Of a stretch of 64,000 nucleotides of DNA, positions 20,453-33,877 are shown in pieces. Each line of letters starts with the position of its first letter. The first letter of the stretch is position 1. The stretch is from Picochlorum sp. SENEW3 (lineage: Eukaryota). Location: the NCBI GenBank assembly GCA_034226945.1, contig CP120462.1:496001-560000 (forward strand), written 5' to 3'. The position numbers were made by a program, and so were the translations under genes. Under the pieces are notes generated by a model. That model worked only from the letters and a program-made list of their open reading frames with translations, did not search any database and was not told the origin of the DNA.

Positions 20453-22474
20453 TTATGTTTGTGATGACAGTTCATCACGTATGGTCATGAGAAGCTTTCC
20501 TAGATGGTTGCTGCCGGTACCATCAATACCTCTGCCCCAGAAAAAGTCATGGGGTGACGATTCCACGAGAGCTGCATGTGGTGTTTTTAATGTTCCTAAA
20601 AGCGTGTCTCGAGGGCCTTTATGGCATGAGAATTTCCGTAGCAAGGCGGCATGCATGACAGCAAGCTTGCGTGCTTCCCAGTCTGGGTGCAGCAGTTCTG
20701 GTGTGCTGGCTTCTGCAGTTCGGCCTATTTTGGCAGCTTCATCTGGGCTTGGTGCTCTCATGATGTCTTCTATAATGTCTCTGGATGCTTTGTGATCGAC
20801 TCCGTGGAATTTCTGTGCCTGATAGTAGTGTTCAGATGATGGCCATAGTCTCCCATGAGGTATTGGTGCATCTGCGGTTGTTAATGCATGCCGTACTGCT
20901 TCCAGTGTTGGTTCATCCATTGTGACATCCGGCATATCTATTGGATGCGGACTGAAATTACTGAGACAGCCCAACTTGTCCCAGCATTTGTAAAACTCGA
21001 GTTGTTGTTGCTGCTGGACCTGTGATGGTGTTGTCTGAGGAGAGAGCCACAGTTGGTTTGTTGCACTCTTGGATGATTCAATAGGTTGATATCGCGCGGA
21101 TGATTGTGACTGAATGATTCCCAGTGAGTCTGCTAATGCTTTGGGGCCGCTTGAAATTGGTAAATAGCCGGAGATCATCACGTCGGGGCCAACTGTAGAC
21201 CATTGAGGATGCAAAATATCAATAGCCTGCGTCATCTCTACAAAGCCGAGTTCTCCCATTGGCGTTGGCGCTCCTTTACCGCCGATTATTTTAGGGGCGA
21301 TGAAGGCTATGACTTTATGAATGGTGTTGTCGGCCACTGCTGGAGCAGCCAAGACACCGCCGCATTCCCATAAACATGAAAGGAAGCCTCGCTGATAACA
21401 ATACTCTGATACAGCCTCTGGAGTCAAAAAGTCGAACTCGACAACTTCAACCCCTTTGCTCACTAACTTTCGTTGCATATCTTTTTTAGCGCCTTTTTGC
21501 GTGGCGACTATGGTGGGAGCAACCTGTGTATCCCACATGTCTGCTTCCATTGGAAGGTCCAGGCGCCTGGACATGACAATGCGGACAGGCTGATGACCAC
21601 CCTCCATTCTCGTCGTTAGCCGAGGATTATCTCTACGAACCGTCTGGCCACCAATGATGACAGCATCGCAGGATGCTCTTGTTCGAAAAACAATACCTCG
21701 AGAATCTTGACTGCTCACCCACGCACTATGTCCAGACGATGCTGCAATCTTCCCATCCAATGTCATGGCATACTTGATGATCCCCATGGGTTTTCCTAGT
21801 GCAGCTCTATGCAAAAGGGCTTCATTGCTAGAATATATGATATCAAGCCTATCAATGCTCTCCTGACTGAGACCAGACAATGACAATGTGTTTTGGAGAA
21901 TGTCTACGTGTATTCCGGCAGAGAGAAGAGCATCCACTGCTTTCCCCCTGGAATGTTCCAAGGGATGTAGCATTCCAACAACGCAACGCTTCACGCCAGA
22001 ATGAATGAGTGCTTGTATAGCAGCAGTATCACCGTGGCAGTCGCCAGTCTCCAAATTAAGGTAGGCTGTCCCACCTGCAGCAGCTCCCTGTGCCTCTTTC
22101 ACAGCAATAACTTCCGGAGCCTCTGCACCTTGGGCCCACAGAGATCCCTGCCCCACGATCGATCCTTGTGTATCTGTTAGTATACATCCAGCGTTCGGAT
22201 GGGGTTGTGTCTTGGTCACAGAGTCGAGGGACAGCTCTGCTGTTTGGACGAGAACGTCGACATCTCTCTCAGTGAGGTGAGATCTGACCATATGGGTCAT
22301 TACATCACGACATGACTGTCTCTTTTGCTGCATATAGTCAAATGATCGTTGATTATCCTACCCAGGCCTGGGCATTCATCGGAGAAAAGAACGTACCCGT
22401 CGGTTACGTGTACAAGAACGTATGGAGCAGTTCAAATGAGGCTCCACAGGTGTTTTATACGTTACAGATGCCAT
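20453..22474 (-). CDS. PYRR: Riboflavin biosynthesis protein PYRR (degenerate deaminase, reductase and NADAR domains); exons 22474-22397 and 22327-20453
   Basis: PHPNAGC, KYAMTLDGKIA, DNPRLT and WECGG, then NADAR motifs LSNFS, SEHYYQAQKF and FWGRG..GSNHLG. CGG|GTACGT...GCAG|CAA adds a transit-like exon in frame. Confidence 0.9.
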
Positions 22475-22685
22475 GCCTAAACAATGTACCAGAAAAGAAT
22501 GCTGCTATGCTGTCACGGATTCCCCATCTACTGTCAACGTGACGGCATGTCAGAAATGGCCCACAAGACGTCCGATCTGCTCCAATATTCGATTTCAGAT
22601 GAACATAACAAAGTAATTTATTATTTTAAACACGCATGGGCGCATCCGTGTGGCAATTTTTAATTAGTGTGGGTTACAGAAATGG

Positions 22686-25600
22686 TCACTCTGCTAATTT
22701 GGGAATGTAGGTTCTCTGGATGGGTGAACAGAGATGGCAAAATCCATCATATGCCTGAGGATGTGCCTGCTGAAATGACTTGATGATACCAGGGAGGTAC
22801 TCTACAACGTTCAGGGATAGAAGTGGGTCTGATGCTCTCCGTTTCAGTTCCAGTTGATCGACGTCTGCTAGGACAGTCGTATCCAGATCTTCCAGGAGCT
22901 CACCATACATTGAATACTGTCCGATGGCGCTGTCGATTCCAAAATCGTCCTCCTGCTCAATACCGTCATAGCCATCTTCATCGTCGTCGTCATCATCCTC
23001 AATCCATTCATCTTCATCGTCCACGCCTGGAGCATTTCCTTGCGTCACCGACTCGATGTATGAATCAAGGAGCACAAGGGCTATTTTAGTCCTCAGTGGA
23101 ACCATGCTCCATTCTTCCTTTCGTGTTGCTGCTCGAGACCGTGTTCTAATGGATGATGACGTATCTATTCTCTGTCCTCTGACAGATATTTGGTCCAATA
23201 TTGAGAGGTTGCTTGTCAGAATTGCTGAAAGGGCAACGATTGATAGCTTGATATCATATGGGGTGCGAATCTCAATGTGCCTTTCAATCCATTTATCCAT
23301 GACGGATTGTAGCACTGCTGGACTTCCTCCTATGCTTGAGAGAATATTGATGAGAGCGTCCGTGTCTATTCGTGATAAGGTGGCCAACACACTCACGAGT
23401 GATTGGACTGTGGAAGGATCTTCTGCTGTGTGCAGCCTTTGAGCCACCATTGACAAAATCGATGTGAGGTGCTCCTGACCCTACAAACAAATACAACATC
23501 AGTAATGCACAGAGAAATTGTAAGAAATGCAGATATCGTACAATAGTATCCAAGGACACGGCACTAAAGAGCGAGAGTATAACCCCACCAACATATCGAG
23601 CTGCTCTGTCTGGTGTTTCTGGTCTGAGTAGAAATTGAATGAGTTGAATGAACGTTCCAATGCTCTCGTCACGCGAAGAAGAAAACCATGTGAGGGCATC
23701 GGCTTGCCCAATCTGCAGGATTGTCCGGAAGAAGGCCGAGATTGAAGCCATGACATCCTCATCAGCAGTTGACTGAAGCCTCTGGAGTGCCAAAGGCATA
23801 AAGTCGATGAATATCGGCTTGGCATCCTTTGCACTTGCTGGAGACGTGATTTCTACGACAAGATCAAATGCACCACTTTCCAGCATGGGTGGCGCTGTAT
23901 TCGATTCGACCATAGCTTTGAGGGTTGGCACCGCTGTCGTTACCATGTGCTGGAATCCTCCTGGACACTGAGCCAGATTCTGCAGCAATGTGAATGCATC
24001 CTCCCCCAATAGAGGGTCATTATAATTATCAATCCAAGCCCTCATGGCCACTGGAATGATTCGATCTGCCCACGAATGCACACATGACGGATCCTTCTTC
24101 ACAACCTGCTCAATGTTTTCAAAAATCAAGTGCATTGTTTCATCCGTGGCAGAAGGAAGCATACTGCAAAGATATCCCATGAAATGATTGCTTACAGGAG
24201 CTATTTCAGCGCTCGTACTGCTCTTGACCAATGCCTCTAAAGCTTGAAAAATACCTCCATACACGGCAGGCTTGAGGCCAGGTATGGCAATGTACTGGCC
24301 TATATTCTGCAGAACTAATTCCCTCGTCTCCTTTGACAACGCCGGGGAAAATCTACTTGCATAACTCAAAATTCTAGCCAATAATAAAGCGCTCGTGGGA
24401 GAATTATACTCTGGGCTTTTCAAGAGCCATTGCAACATGTAGTTTGGATTGGTACATGAGGCTTCCTTTCTAACAACTGATGGACGTTCGAGAATCACAT
24501 CAGCCAAGTCGCTGAGCGCTATGAGAGCAGATTCTACCAATCTCCAATATATTGGATCTTGAGAGGAAGCTGCAGCCTTTCCAGCTTCAATCCTATCCTG
24601 AATTCCCTGTTCAACAGCCTCCATACCAACCCCACCATATGATTCCACAATTGAATCCAGCAAAAGTCCTCCCGAACTTCTACATCCCCAAAAATCATCC
24701 CCGCTGCTCAAATATTCGTTGCAATCCTCAACCCAGTCATCAATGTCATCGTATGCTATAGTCATGTAGTGCAGTGTGACATTGACAACATCCGGAAGAG
24801 AAGACTGGCACACCTTCTTAAGACTCTTGCTCGTCAATGTAGCAGTTAAAAATTCCAACAGCTGGGACACAACATCCACCAATGTGACGGGTTCCATCAT
24901 CGGACCCTGATCAGCCGATGATGACTCCACGATGCCATCCCCAATCACATACTGTTGGAACAGAACTCTCACCTGGCCATTGAAATTCCACACGGAGCGG
25001 ATGAGATTTAGCACACATGACTGATCAGATACTTTTGAACTGAGAGGAATGAGTCTCGTGGCACACTGCAATGCCATAAAAGCAGTCCCCAGGACATCCC
25101 CATTGTGCACATCCACTGGGCAATCAAGCACCAAGCCACACGTCTGAAACCACGACCCAATCTGATGTCGCATCAAATCTTTCGCATCAGAAGACGATCT
25201 ATACATATATTCAACTGAATCAATCGTCGTGTGAAGAATTGTCAATCCCTGCCGCTTCTCTGCTGGCAATGTTGTCTGAGATTGGCACAACTGCATGATA
25301 TTGGGCATCACCACCTTTGCCACCTCTATAACATGCCCCTGGTCTAAATCCTCAATCATCAAGCATAAAGCACGCAACGCTCCGCGAACGAATACATGGT
25401 CCTCGTTCCCCCGGATCACTGACACCAGCCCAGGCATGAGCTCTGGCCAGTCTGCAAATGACTCAGATCGAGCAATCTCAGCAATCACCAATCCAGTGGC
25501 CGTCTGTATCGGCGATGAATTCTCTTTCAATCCACTTGGAATTAAGGAGCGTATATGCGATTTTTCCTCCGCAGAGATAGTCTCTGACAACCATTGATGC

Positions 25601-25824
25601 TTGACCAACTTTTTCAAAACAACAAACGCCAGCTGTCGTTTCCCAACGTCCACCATACTATCCAGCCCAATAGCCATCAATGAGCTCCCAAATCCAGAGC
25701 AAGAAAAACATGATTCCAAGTACTCCTCTCCTTTCCGTCTACTTTCAGCATCAGGACATAAAATGAGGCCAAGGCTCGACTCAATTTGCTGCCGTTGGAG
25801 CATTGGCTGCGTATTGACAGTCAT
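22686..25824 (-). CDS. IPO9: Importin-9-like karyopherin; intron 23481-23541
   Basis: IBN_N-like start (RQLAFVVLKKLVKHQW, WPELMP), HEAT-like body, and C-terminal IRTRSRA..EEWSMVPL with an acidic loop. Confidence 0.85.
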
Positions 25825-26117
25825 CCCTGGTTCAGGACGGTATAACAGTATTTTACATAAATTAGGAGATTTCTGGAGTCTTGTTGGGCGTATACTTGGC
25901 AAGAATCTTAAAAGCAAATTTCAAATCAGGCGAAACTCCTTGATAAAAACATTATGACAGTCAACCACAACCCATCAACTGCGATTCTTGTATTGCTATC
26001 GCATCGATGGGCATTAAGTCAAAAAATATATAAATAAAATATCCATAGATGCTTAGATATTCAAACCATTCGGTGTTTTAGTGCATAGAAAGGCAACACT
26101 CGCAAACGCCAGTCAAG

Positions 26118-28055
26118 ATGGAGAGTCAGGTTCCCGTGGATGACGATGATAGAGTCTACCAAGATAGTATAGAGACTATTCATGACAATGTGGAAGATAT
26201 TGCTGAGGAACTAGGTGATCAGGACGAAAACGACGTCGTTAAAGAGATTGAGAGTGACGAGGTGGTTCTCACGGCAGCATCCGAGACACGCAGAGCATTG
26301 TCTGATACATATAGTATTCCTTTTGCTATTGGTGCGGGTGTATGTGGGGTGGCGCTTCTGGCACTGTCGCATGTATGGAGGAGGAGAAGGAGAAGGAGAA
26401 GGGGTGCCATGAGGGAGCTTGTATGTTGTCATGTGGTAGATTTGACAGAGCCTTCCGTATGTGACAGGGATCGTTCTGTTGTATCAAAGAGTAGTCCATG
26501 TAGGCATATGCTCGGGGAGGATGAGTATAACTTTGTAGTCTCAGATCGGGTGAATATTGCTGGATTTGCCACGAATCCTGGTTGCATGGATGGGAACGAT
26601 CCAGATAGTGTTGTGTGCACGGTGTCAGCTCATGCAGTTGATGTGCTTATTGAGAAAGGAGCAAAATGTGTTGGAATAGTACCGACTATGAGTGATGCAT
26701 GCCGTGTGAAAGAATATCTGGCCAAGGTGCATGAGACATTGTCTTGTGGAGTAGCAGATGTTGGTGCCCGTGTGGCCTTGAGAAAGGGTATTTGTACATT
26801 TGCGCTCTGCGTTGATGATGGTGGAAATGCCATTAGTTCGATAATTGGTGGTGGTTTGTTTGGCTACAGGCCAACGTCGGGACTGGTGAGTGTGGATGGG
26901 TGTGCTCGATGCAGCCCTACATTGAGTTCACTGTGCATTGCTACACGTGATCCAAGTGTTTTCATGAAAGTTTCTGCTGCATTGGATGTGCCAAAGACAC
27001 AATTCCAGGATGACGTGGAGCGATATCTTGTCGCAGAAGATGCGTTTTCTGTATGTTCTGCAGATGTCAAGGCAATTTTGCCATCAGTCATTCAGGGCGT
27101 TAAAAGATGGGCTGGGCCTGACCAAGCCCAGGCATTGTCTCTTTGCCAATGGATTCATCACAAAATTCCGACGATTCGTAAAATACTGCCCGAAAAGGAA
27201 AGAGAAAATCCTTCCACAAAGGCAATCTTGGATGCTCTGGCTGCTGTTGTGGATACTATTTATAGTACTGAGGTTGACATGTATGACAGTAGTGCATATG
27301 TAGATGCGATACAAATCGCGGAAGATTTGTCGATTGCATGCAGGAATGCAATGCAGGAGGGATTGGTTTTTGTTATACCTGTTTGTTCATCAAAATCACC
27401 ATGTGGTCACAGTGTACAGGCTGAGGACATGATAAACTGGGAACGTGATTGCAAGAGATTTGCCAGTATATCTGCCTTGGCAGGAATTCCAGAGGTGGTT
27501 ATTCCTATTAATCTAGACGATGGATCGTACCTGGGGATTGGCATTCTTGCAATGCAGAGGAAGGATTCGGTGTTGTTGCGAGCAGTAGGAAAGATCTCCC
27601 AATATATTCAGGAGGAAAGAAAAAAGCAAACAAAACCAGTCCAGGCAACAAAGCCAGATGCAAAGAAAAAGGTTGAGAATGAAGTAACTATGGCTGAAGA
27701 GGAGAAGAATCTTGGAAATGCATGTTTTAAAATGCAAAAGTTTGAGCAGGCCATTCAGCATTACAGTCGGGCTGTTCAGTTGGATGCAAAAAATCCAGTC
27801 TATCTCTCCAATAGGGCCATGGCATATTTGAAACTGGGTGCATACGTGGAAGCTGAAGAAGATTGCACAAAGGCATTGGAAATGGATCCTTGTTTGGTGA
27901 AAGTGTTTCTTCGCCGGGGTGCTGCGAAGGCTGCGACAGCCAGGTTTGCAGAAGCAAAGAGTGATTTTGAGAGAGTTCTGGTGCTAGAGCCACAGAATAA
28001 GCAGGCCAAAGTTGAGCTGAGCAATTTAGCATCGTTGATGAATAATTCATTATGA
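26118..28055 (+). CDS. TOC64: Toc64/OM64-like protein (TM anchor, degenerate amidase, three TPRs)
   Basis: TM segment, amidase-like GLFGYRPTSGLVS, and a C-terminal TPR clamp (KNLGNACFK, YLSNRAMAYLKL). Confidence 0.8.
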   Translation: MESQVPVDDDDRVYQDSIETIHDNVEDIAEELGDQDENDVVKEIESDEVVLTAASETRRALSDTYSIPFAIGAGVCGVALLALSHVWRRRRRRRRGAMRELVCCHVVDLTEPSVCDRDRSVVSKSSPCRHMLGEDEYNFVVSDRVNIAGFATNPGCMDGNDPDSVVCTVSAHAVDVLIEKGAKCVGIVPTMSDACRVKEYLAKVHETLSCGVADVGARVALRKGICTFALCVDDGGNAISSIIGGGLFGYRPTSGLVSVDGCARCSPTLSSLCIATRDPSVFMKVSAALDVPKTQFQDDVERYLVAEDAFSVCSADVKAILPSVIQGVKRWAGPDQAQALSLCQWIHHKIPTIRKILPEKERENPSTKAILDALAAVVDTIYSTEVDMYDSSAYVDAIQIAEDLSIACRNAMQEGLVFVIPVCSSKSPCGHSVQAEDMINWERDCKRFASISALAGIPEVVIPINLDDGSYLGIGILAMQRKDSVLLRAVGKISQYIQEERKKQTKPVQATKPDAKKKVENEVTMAEEEKNLGNACFKMQKFEQAIQHYSRAVQLDAKNPVYLSNRAMAYLKLGAYVEAEEDCTKALEMDPCLVKVFLRRGAAKAATARFAEAKSDFERVLVLEPQNKQAKVELSNLASLMNNSL

Positions 28056-28112
28056 GTATAGTTGCGAAATGTGTATATTTCTAACAGACTACGAGATGTA
28101 CTTTATGTTGCC

Positions 28113-30380
28113 TTAACGGCCACCGAGAACTGCAAATGCAGAGGAATAATGTCCCACAGCGCCTTGCCCAGACTGGAGAGCGGAACCCTTGCCCTTCTTC
28201 TTTGATATTTCAACCTTTTCCCATGAGGAGTCTTCAATATCATTGGCATGTGTTTCATCGTGCCTAGCACTATTTGGTGATGCTGTTGCCGCAGCTGCCG
28301 CTGCAGCCTTGGCCCTTGCTTTTGCCCTTGCTTTCCTGGATTTCTTACCAGTTCCAGCAGCAAGTTCCGCAAGTTTTCTTCGCAAGAACTCTGAGGAAAA
28401 CGTGGCAGCAGCTGCTGTAGCTCCTAGATATGCTGCTACGTAATCTGCAACTTCAGAGTTGGATTCTACAGTCATCAAGAATTCACACAGAGTGACATCT
28501 TCAGAGCCTGTTAATGTCTTCATCTGCTCCATGCACCACGTTCTGAATTCTCCAGTCAAAGGATGGCCATCTCCTACGGTTGGTACATCTGATAGAGATA
28601 GAGATGGTATTGCTTCTGCATCAGAGTTCTTCATGACTGTAGTTTGGCTTGTTTGATCAGCAGAAGTAGCAGGTGGAGGAGGTGGAGGTGGAGGCGGTGG
28701 GGCTCCTGATGTCACCGTTGCTCTTCGTGCAGTAACTGTTGGACTTGGCTGCACATGTGTACGATTCATCGTCCCAGAAGATAAAGCAGCGGCCCAGCCT
28801 CCTGCAGCCTTGGCAGGCATTGATACGGGAGACTTGTTGCCATGCAGCGGGCTCTTTGGCTCATCGTACTTCCAAAACGCTCCACCACTCTGCTCAGATT
28901 GCACTCTAGACTGCAGTTCCTCATTTTGTATATCAGTAAGTGATACCATTCCTGCTCCAGCTGGCTTTGCTACAGATGCCCAACCACTCTTACCAGACAT
29001 GCTCTTTGCTATCTGCTGTGCTGCTTCTTTTTCCACTTCTCTCCTTCTTGCATCTTCCTCCAACTGAATATCAAGCAGCGATATTGCTGTGGAATCAGGC
29101 TGCTGAGCAGCTACCCACGGTGCTGGCTTTGTCTCTGGTCTCACTGGAGCAATAGGAGATTTCACCGGCTCGTCCACAAACTCATCAGGCTGTACTTGCA
29201 CCGAGTGATGCTCTTCCAAAACGACGTTCACTGGATCCTGTTGTTGAGTGTCTTCGTGCGGCATAGCCAATGGGGATTGGCTGTTAACATATGCATTTGC
29301 TACAGGGGCCTCTGCTGCAGATGCCTCAACTGCACCCATGACACCAACCTGAACAGCTGGTACAGTCTGTATGGGACTTGGAGGTACAAGCGTTTGCTCT
29401 GCACTGCTCCAAATCAACAGCCAATCTCTCAGGGTACACACTTGCTGTGAACCTGATGTACATTGGATGACCAGATCAAGAGGGAAAAATCCAGCAGCAT
29501 GCCACTCCAGAATATTCGACCTATTAAATGGCCCTTGCCATTGACCTTGCGGGTCTATGTATAAATACGTGTCTTCAACCGGAACAGGTTTTGGCTCCTC
29601 CACTACTGGCATTGTGACATGAGAAACCACTGGATCAGCATCTACTGTGTCAGGCAAGAAGGTGCCAATTGAAGGTTCCTTCATCTCAGCGCCAATATCT
29701 GATTTGACAAGATTAATATAGGAATTTGCAGACCTAGGAGGACCTCCATGTAACTGCTCCACCACATCAACAAACTCACCCACACGAGTAAAGAGATCTG
29801 GATCATCCCTTGCTATGTCTTCAGGCAACCCCAAGCGACCAGTATACAGCAGTTGCCTGTAAATTTTCGCAAGTATATCTGTCGAATATCTATACCGAGC
29901 TTTCGATGGGCCAAAAGGAAGATTGCCATTTCTCCCCCCTCCTGTACCAAAGACCAATGGAGATTGCTGATGGATGGATAAATTCCTCATATCAGACTCC
30001 AACCCACCATTCTCTTCCCGATGGTGACTTCTCCAACCTCCTCGAGTATTACCAAAAGAAGTGTGCTGCTGCGGGTGAGCCCTCCAAGAAGGTTCCTCCT
30101 GCCATTTCGACTGCCCAGAAGAAGCTGGAGACCTCCATGAATCAGAGTCAGCCCCAGACCCAACCTTACTTCCCCCAGTGAAACGGCCCCTTCTATCCCC
30201 AAATCCACCACCCCATCGATCAGCACCCCCTTGCGGACGGTGTTGATACCGATGCAGATCCTCTTGACCTCCCCACCCAGTTGATACTCCCCCATGACTA
30301 GAACCCCATCCTACATCTCCCATTGCTGTCTGGTGCTGCTCACTCACCAGCATATCAGGCCCGGACCCATGAGGATCCAT
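28113..30380 (-). CDS. GYF-domain protein (GIGYF/EXA1-like); probably extends upstream via intron 30381-30444
   Basis: GYF domain YIDPQGQWQGPF..WHAAGFF, an eIF4E-binding-like RYRYS...L motif, SLLDIQLEE repeats and a C-terminal FRTWC...LCEFL helix. Confidence 0.85.
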   Translation of the reverse strand: MDPHGSGPDMLVSEQHQTAMGDVGWGSSHGGVSTGWGGQEDLHRYQHRPQGGADRWGGGFGDRRGRFTGGSKVGSGADSDSWRSPASSGQSKWQEEPSWRAHPQQHTSFGNTRGGWRSHHREENGGLESDMRNLSIHQQSPLVFGTGGGRNGNLPFGPSKARYRYSTDILAKIYRQLLYTGRLGLPEDIARDDPDLFTRVGEFVDVVEQLHGGPPRSANSYINLVKSDIGAEMKEPSIGTFLPDTVDADPVVSHVTMPVVEEPKPVPVEDTYLYIDPQGQWQGPFNRSNILEWHAAGFFPLDLVIQCTSGSQQVCTLRDWLLIWSSAEQTLVPPSPIQTVPAVQVGVMGAVEASAAEAPVANAYVNSQSPLAMPHEDTQQQDPVNVVLEEHHSVQVQPDEFVDEPVKSPIAPVRPETKPAPWVAAQQPDSTAISLLDIQLEEDARRREVEKEAAQQIAKSMSGKSGWASVAKPAGAGMVSLTDIQNEELQSRVQSEQSGGAFWKYDEPKSPLHGNKSPVSMPAKAAGGWAAALSSGTMNRTHVQPSPTVTARRATVTSGAPPPPPPPPPPATSADQTSQTTVMKNSDAEAIPSLSLSDVPTVGDGHPLTGEFRTWCMEQMKTLTGSEDVTLCEFLMTVESNSEVADYVAAYLGATAAAATFSSEFLRRKLAELAAGTGKKSRKARAKARAKAAAAAAATASPNSARHDETHANDIEDSSWEKVEISKKKGKGSALQSGQGAVGHYSSAFAVLGGR

Positions 30381-31044
30381 CTACATACATTGATACCACG
30401 TCATCATACCAAAGATGACACACCATTCTCATACCGAAACATACCACGAGGCTGGAAGAGGTCCTCAACCCTGAAAACTTCATCCATCCAAGCCCAATGC
30501 CGCCATCACCTTCTCCGTGATGCTGGTATTCTGCATGAAAGATACAAATATTAACCATTACCGCGGATCCAATGAGTAACAGTGCAACTATCGCTGCTAC
30601 AAGTCCTTCCATCGAAACACATTTGCCAAAGACATCTTGTTCAGCGATCCATTCATATCAACGTTTCAACGCATTAATATAACCATTTATATCACGTAGT
30701 TAAAATCCCATCCATCGGATCACCACGCACCTCCAACTCCACCAAGAGTTTGCCGCTGCGACGACGGTGATTCGCCCACTGAGACAAATGCTGGCGGTAC
30801 ATAGTGCTGCTGATGTTCAGACATGTTAAAAATACACTGGTTGTATCTATCTACTATCACGTATTCTGTATTTGATAAAAACGCGCATTACCGATGGCAC
30901 TGTTTTTAAAACGGACAGAGTTCGATTTCATTATATATCTAATCTAGGAATTCTTGCTTCTTGAAGAAGGTGAGCAACCCTGACGAGATGGCTCAGGTTC
31001 AAAATTTCCTCAGTATTATCAACTGATAGGAATACTATTTCATC

Positions 31045-31955
31045 ATGGATATGGATAAGAATAGTTTGGAGGCGCTTAAAGCGTATGTGACGGCCCCTGG
31101 CAGTCAACAGCAGGCAGCGTCGACTGTTCGGTTGTTGGTCACGCATAGCAACTTGAAGGCTCGGTTTATGGAGATTCGGTTGGACAAGCATGTATGTGTT
31201 ATTTATTTATAGTCATCTGGTAATGGCTGATGCGTGCGATGATGGCCATGCAGATGACTCTTGGTGCTGTAAAAACAAAGCTACAGACACACTGTGGGAC
31301 GTCTGCTGGGTCCATGGTATTAACGTTGAAGGATGCTACTGGGTCAGTCGTGTTGGCGAAGAATATGATGCCTGATGATAAAAAGCTAGGATATTATTCT
31401 CCAGAGGATGGGTGTATATTGCATGTTGAAGATACAGATCCCATGTCTCTTGCAGCCCAGGGGTGGCTTGAAGATGTGAGCAAGGTGGACAAGTATGTCA
31501 TGAGTGATGCGGATTACGATGCTCGAGAGAATACATATAGACAGTTTAAGAAGAAAAAGTTGAAAGAGGATCCTACGTGGACACTGGAGAAGGAAATTGC
31601 GAAACGGAGGGGAGTGCCGTATACTGAAAAGACTGGAGGGGAAGAGTTTGATGATGAGTACCAGGCTGAGGAGGCATCACATATTGTAGAGGGCGAGCGA
31701 TGTGAAGTGATGACGCAGGAAGGGTCGAAGCGAGGTGTTATTCGATATGTTGGGCGGTGTGATGGGTTGCCGAAAGGATATTGGGTTGGGGTAGAGTATG
31801 ATGAGCCTGTGGGGAAGAATGATGGCCAGGTCAAGGGCACCAGGTATTTTACGTGCCTGCCAAAGAGGGGTGGTTTTGTGAGACCGAGCGCCGTCTCCAT
31901 GGGGGCCTATCCTCCATTTGATGATGAATTTTTCTCGGATGAAGACGAATTATAA
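31045..31955 (+). CDS. TBCB: Tubulin folding cofactor B; exons 31045-31191 and 31254-31955
   Basis: Ubl domain (VRLLVTHSNL..EIRL) and CAP-Gly domain (WVGVEYDEPVGKNDG), ending in DEDEL. Confidence 0.93.
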
Positions 31956-31971
31956 TACATAATGAAACATG

Positions 31972-33655
31972 TCAACACGAAAGTACATCCTGAATGTCAA
32001 GGTGTGAGAGGCCGAGGTTGCAGATATTGGCAAATGCTCGGGAATGTTTCATCCCGTATTGACCCAAAGGACCGCATTTTGATTCCCACATATACATCAT
32101 GTTCCGAAGACAGTCCCAATCTGACACAAGGGCTCGTCCTTGAGGTGGTGCAATGTGATGGTTCACAACCACATCATGTTCCAAGATGCCATTGGTTGTG
32201 TTCCGGATCCGGCTCACCACTCTCCTCATCGTCTCTTCGATATTCGAATCTAGGTTCTTTCTGACATATCGTTCTCTTTCCAAGGTTTCTTGTGCCATAG
32301 ACTGCGAGGAAGGATTCTTCGTATCTCGAGCTGCCATGATCAATGGCATCAGATCTGCATCGCGCTGCTCCACAGCTCCATGCAGCATATTCTTCTCATG
32401 CAAAGCATGCGGAATCTCAGTCTCACCTTGTAACAACGCATGATTAGTATATCCCGAGTCACCCAGGTACCACGACACAGGTTCTTGGTCTATTTCCATT
32501 TCTCCAAACTCCATGACATGGCTTCCTTGAACAAATGTGTAATTATTGGATGTTCGCTTCCTCACACGCTCAAACTGTTCTTGCAGAGACTCCAGAGAGA
32601 TATCATTCGAATCCGCATCCTCCATCCAAGATACAGAATATAAATCTCCAAGACACGTCATGTATTCTGGTGGAGGAGAGGGATGCATGCCAGGGCAATA
32701 TACTCCCCAAGAGCTCTCTTGACCATTTGACGCAGTTGTTGCATACACATTGACGTTATCCTCCAACATACCCTCAAACATACTTCCGGATTCACACGCC
32801 TCAATATATAAAACCATTTCTTTGAAACCATGTGTCTCATGCCTGTGGCGAATAGCATCATGCAATTGATCGGCAAACAGAAACTCCCCTGTTGGCATGC
32901 CCAGCAGCCCAGGAGCCCCATGATCCGAATAGAACAAGAATATCCGATCATCCTTTCCAGCTTCAATCACCCGCCCCGATGCATGTGGACCTTTCTGGAC
33001 ACTCTGAGCATCTCCTTTCAGAACAGCAAGGAAATTCTTCACATTCACTTGGTCTCTGGTGTAATCTTTAGGCAGCCCAGCATACAAATCCTTCCCCTTG
33101 GGATGGTTGATGATCTTGCCTGGATGCGGATTTGCTGGATTGTGGGCGATATCATCGTACACCATAACAATGATGTGTTCATCAGGAACACCTCCATTAT
33201 GCAACACATGGTATGACTGCAGACAAGAATGGTAAAAATAGTTCAAGGCAATTCTCTTCACTTGTAGCATTCGTGGTATTCACGATAGGGTTTGCGACAA
33301 TACAACAATTCATCGTACTACGTACATGTGCGACGTCTGCCTGGTGACGATAATTACCAAAACCTGCACTGCCAGCAATCAATAACGCCCAAAGGTGTCC
33401 CTTGTTGGGTGGGTTCTTCCTGCCCTCCTCCTGACGACGCCCCTGGCCATCTATATACCCATGCACCCTAGTATATATGTCTTCAGCTATATCAAGTATG
33501 GAATTGAAACCATCCAAGAAGGTTCCCATGGATGTTTGAGATGAGGAGACGAGGTCAGTCTCGACACGTCGTAAACTTGCTCGGGACGCCTGTGCAGCTG
33601 TTGCCATTATGGCAAGCAGCAATGCGCACCACAGGTGTCTGAATTTCATTTCCAT
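31972..33655 (-). CDS. Legumain / vacuolar processing enzyme (peptidase C13); intron 33217-33325
   Basis: Signal peptide, WALLIAGS.GFGNYRHQAD, and catalytic SDHG and EACES. Confidence 0.95.
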
Positions 33656-33877
33656 GGTTACAAATATCAGAAATGCGGTATGGTTGAGGAATGTTGTGCT
33701 CTTTCTTCGAGGCATGCGTGGGGCATATGAGATTTCTGACATGTTCCGGTCACAAATGGTTGTTGACCGGTTACTATCTTTTTATTTCAGTTGGTGGATT
33801 TGAATTCCATGCACGGTTTTTGATACAGCCAGCTGGCTTTCTTTCGCCTGCAGGGGAAATTCTATTTCATATTCTGG

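Noticed and set aside
20453..22474. Deaminase-reductase-NADAR triple fusion without zinc ligands
   Set aside because: This is the established architecture of plant and algal PYRR.
26118..28055. Amidase domain lacking its Lys-Ser-Ser triad
   Set aside because: This is a known property of Toc64/OM64 proteins.
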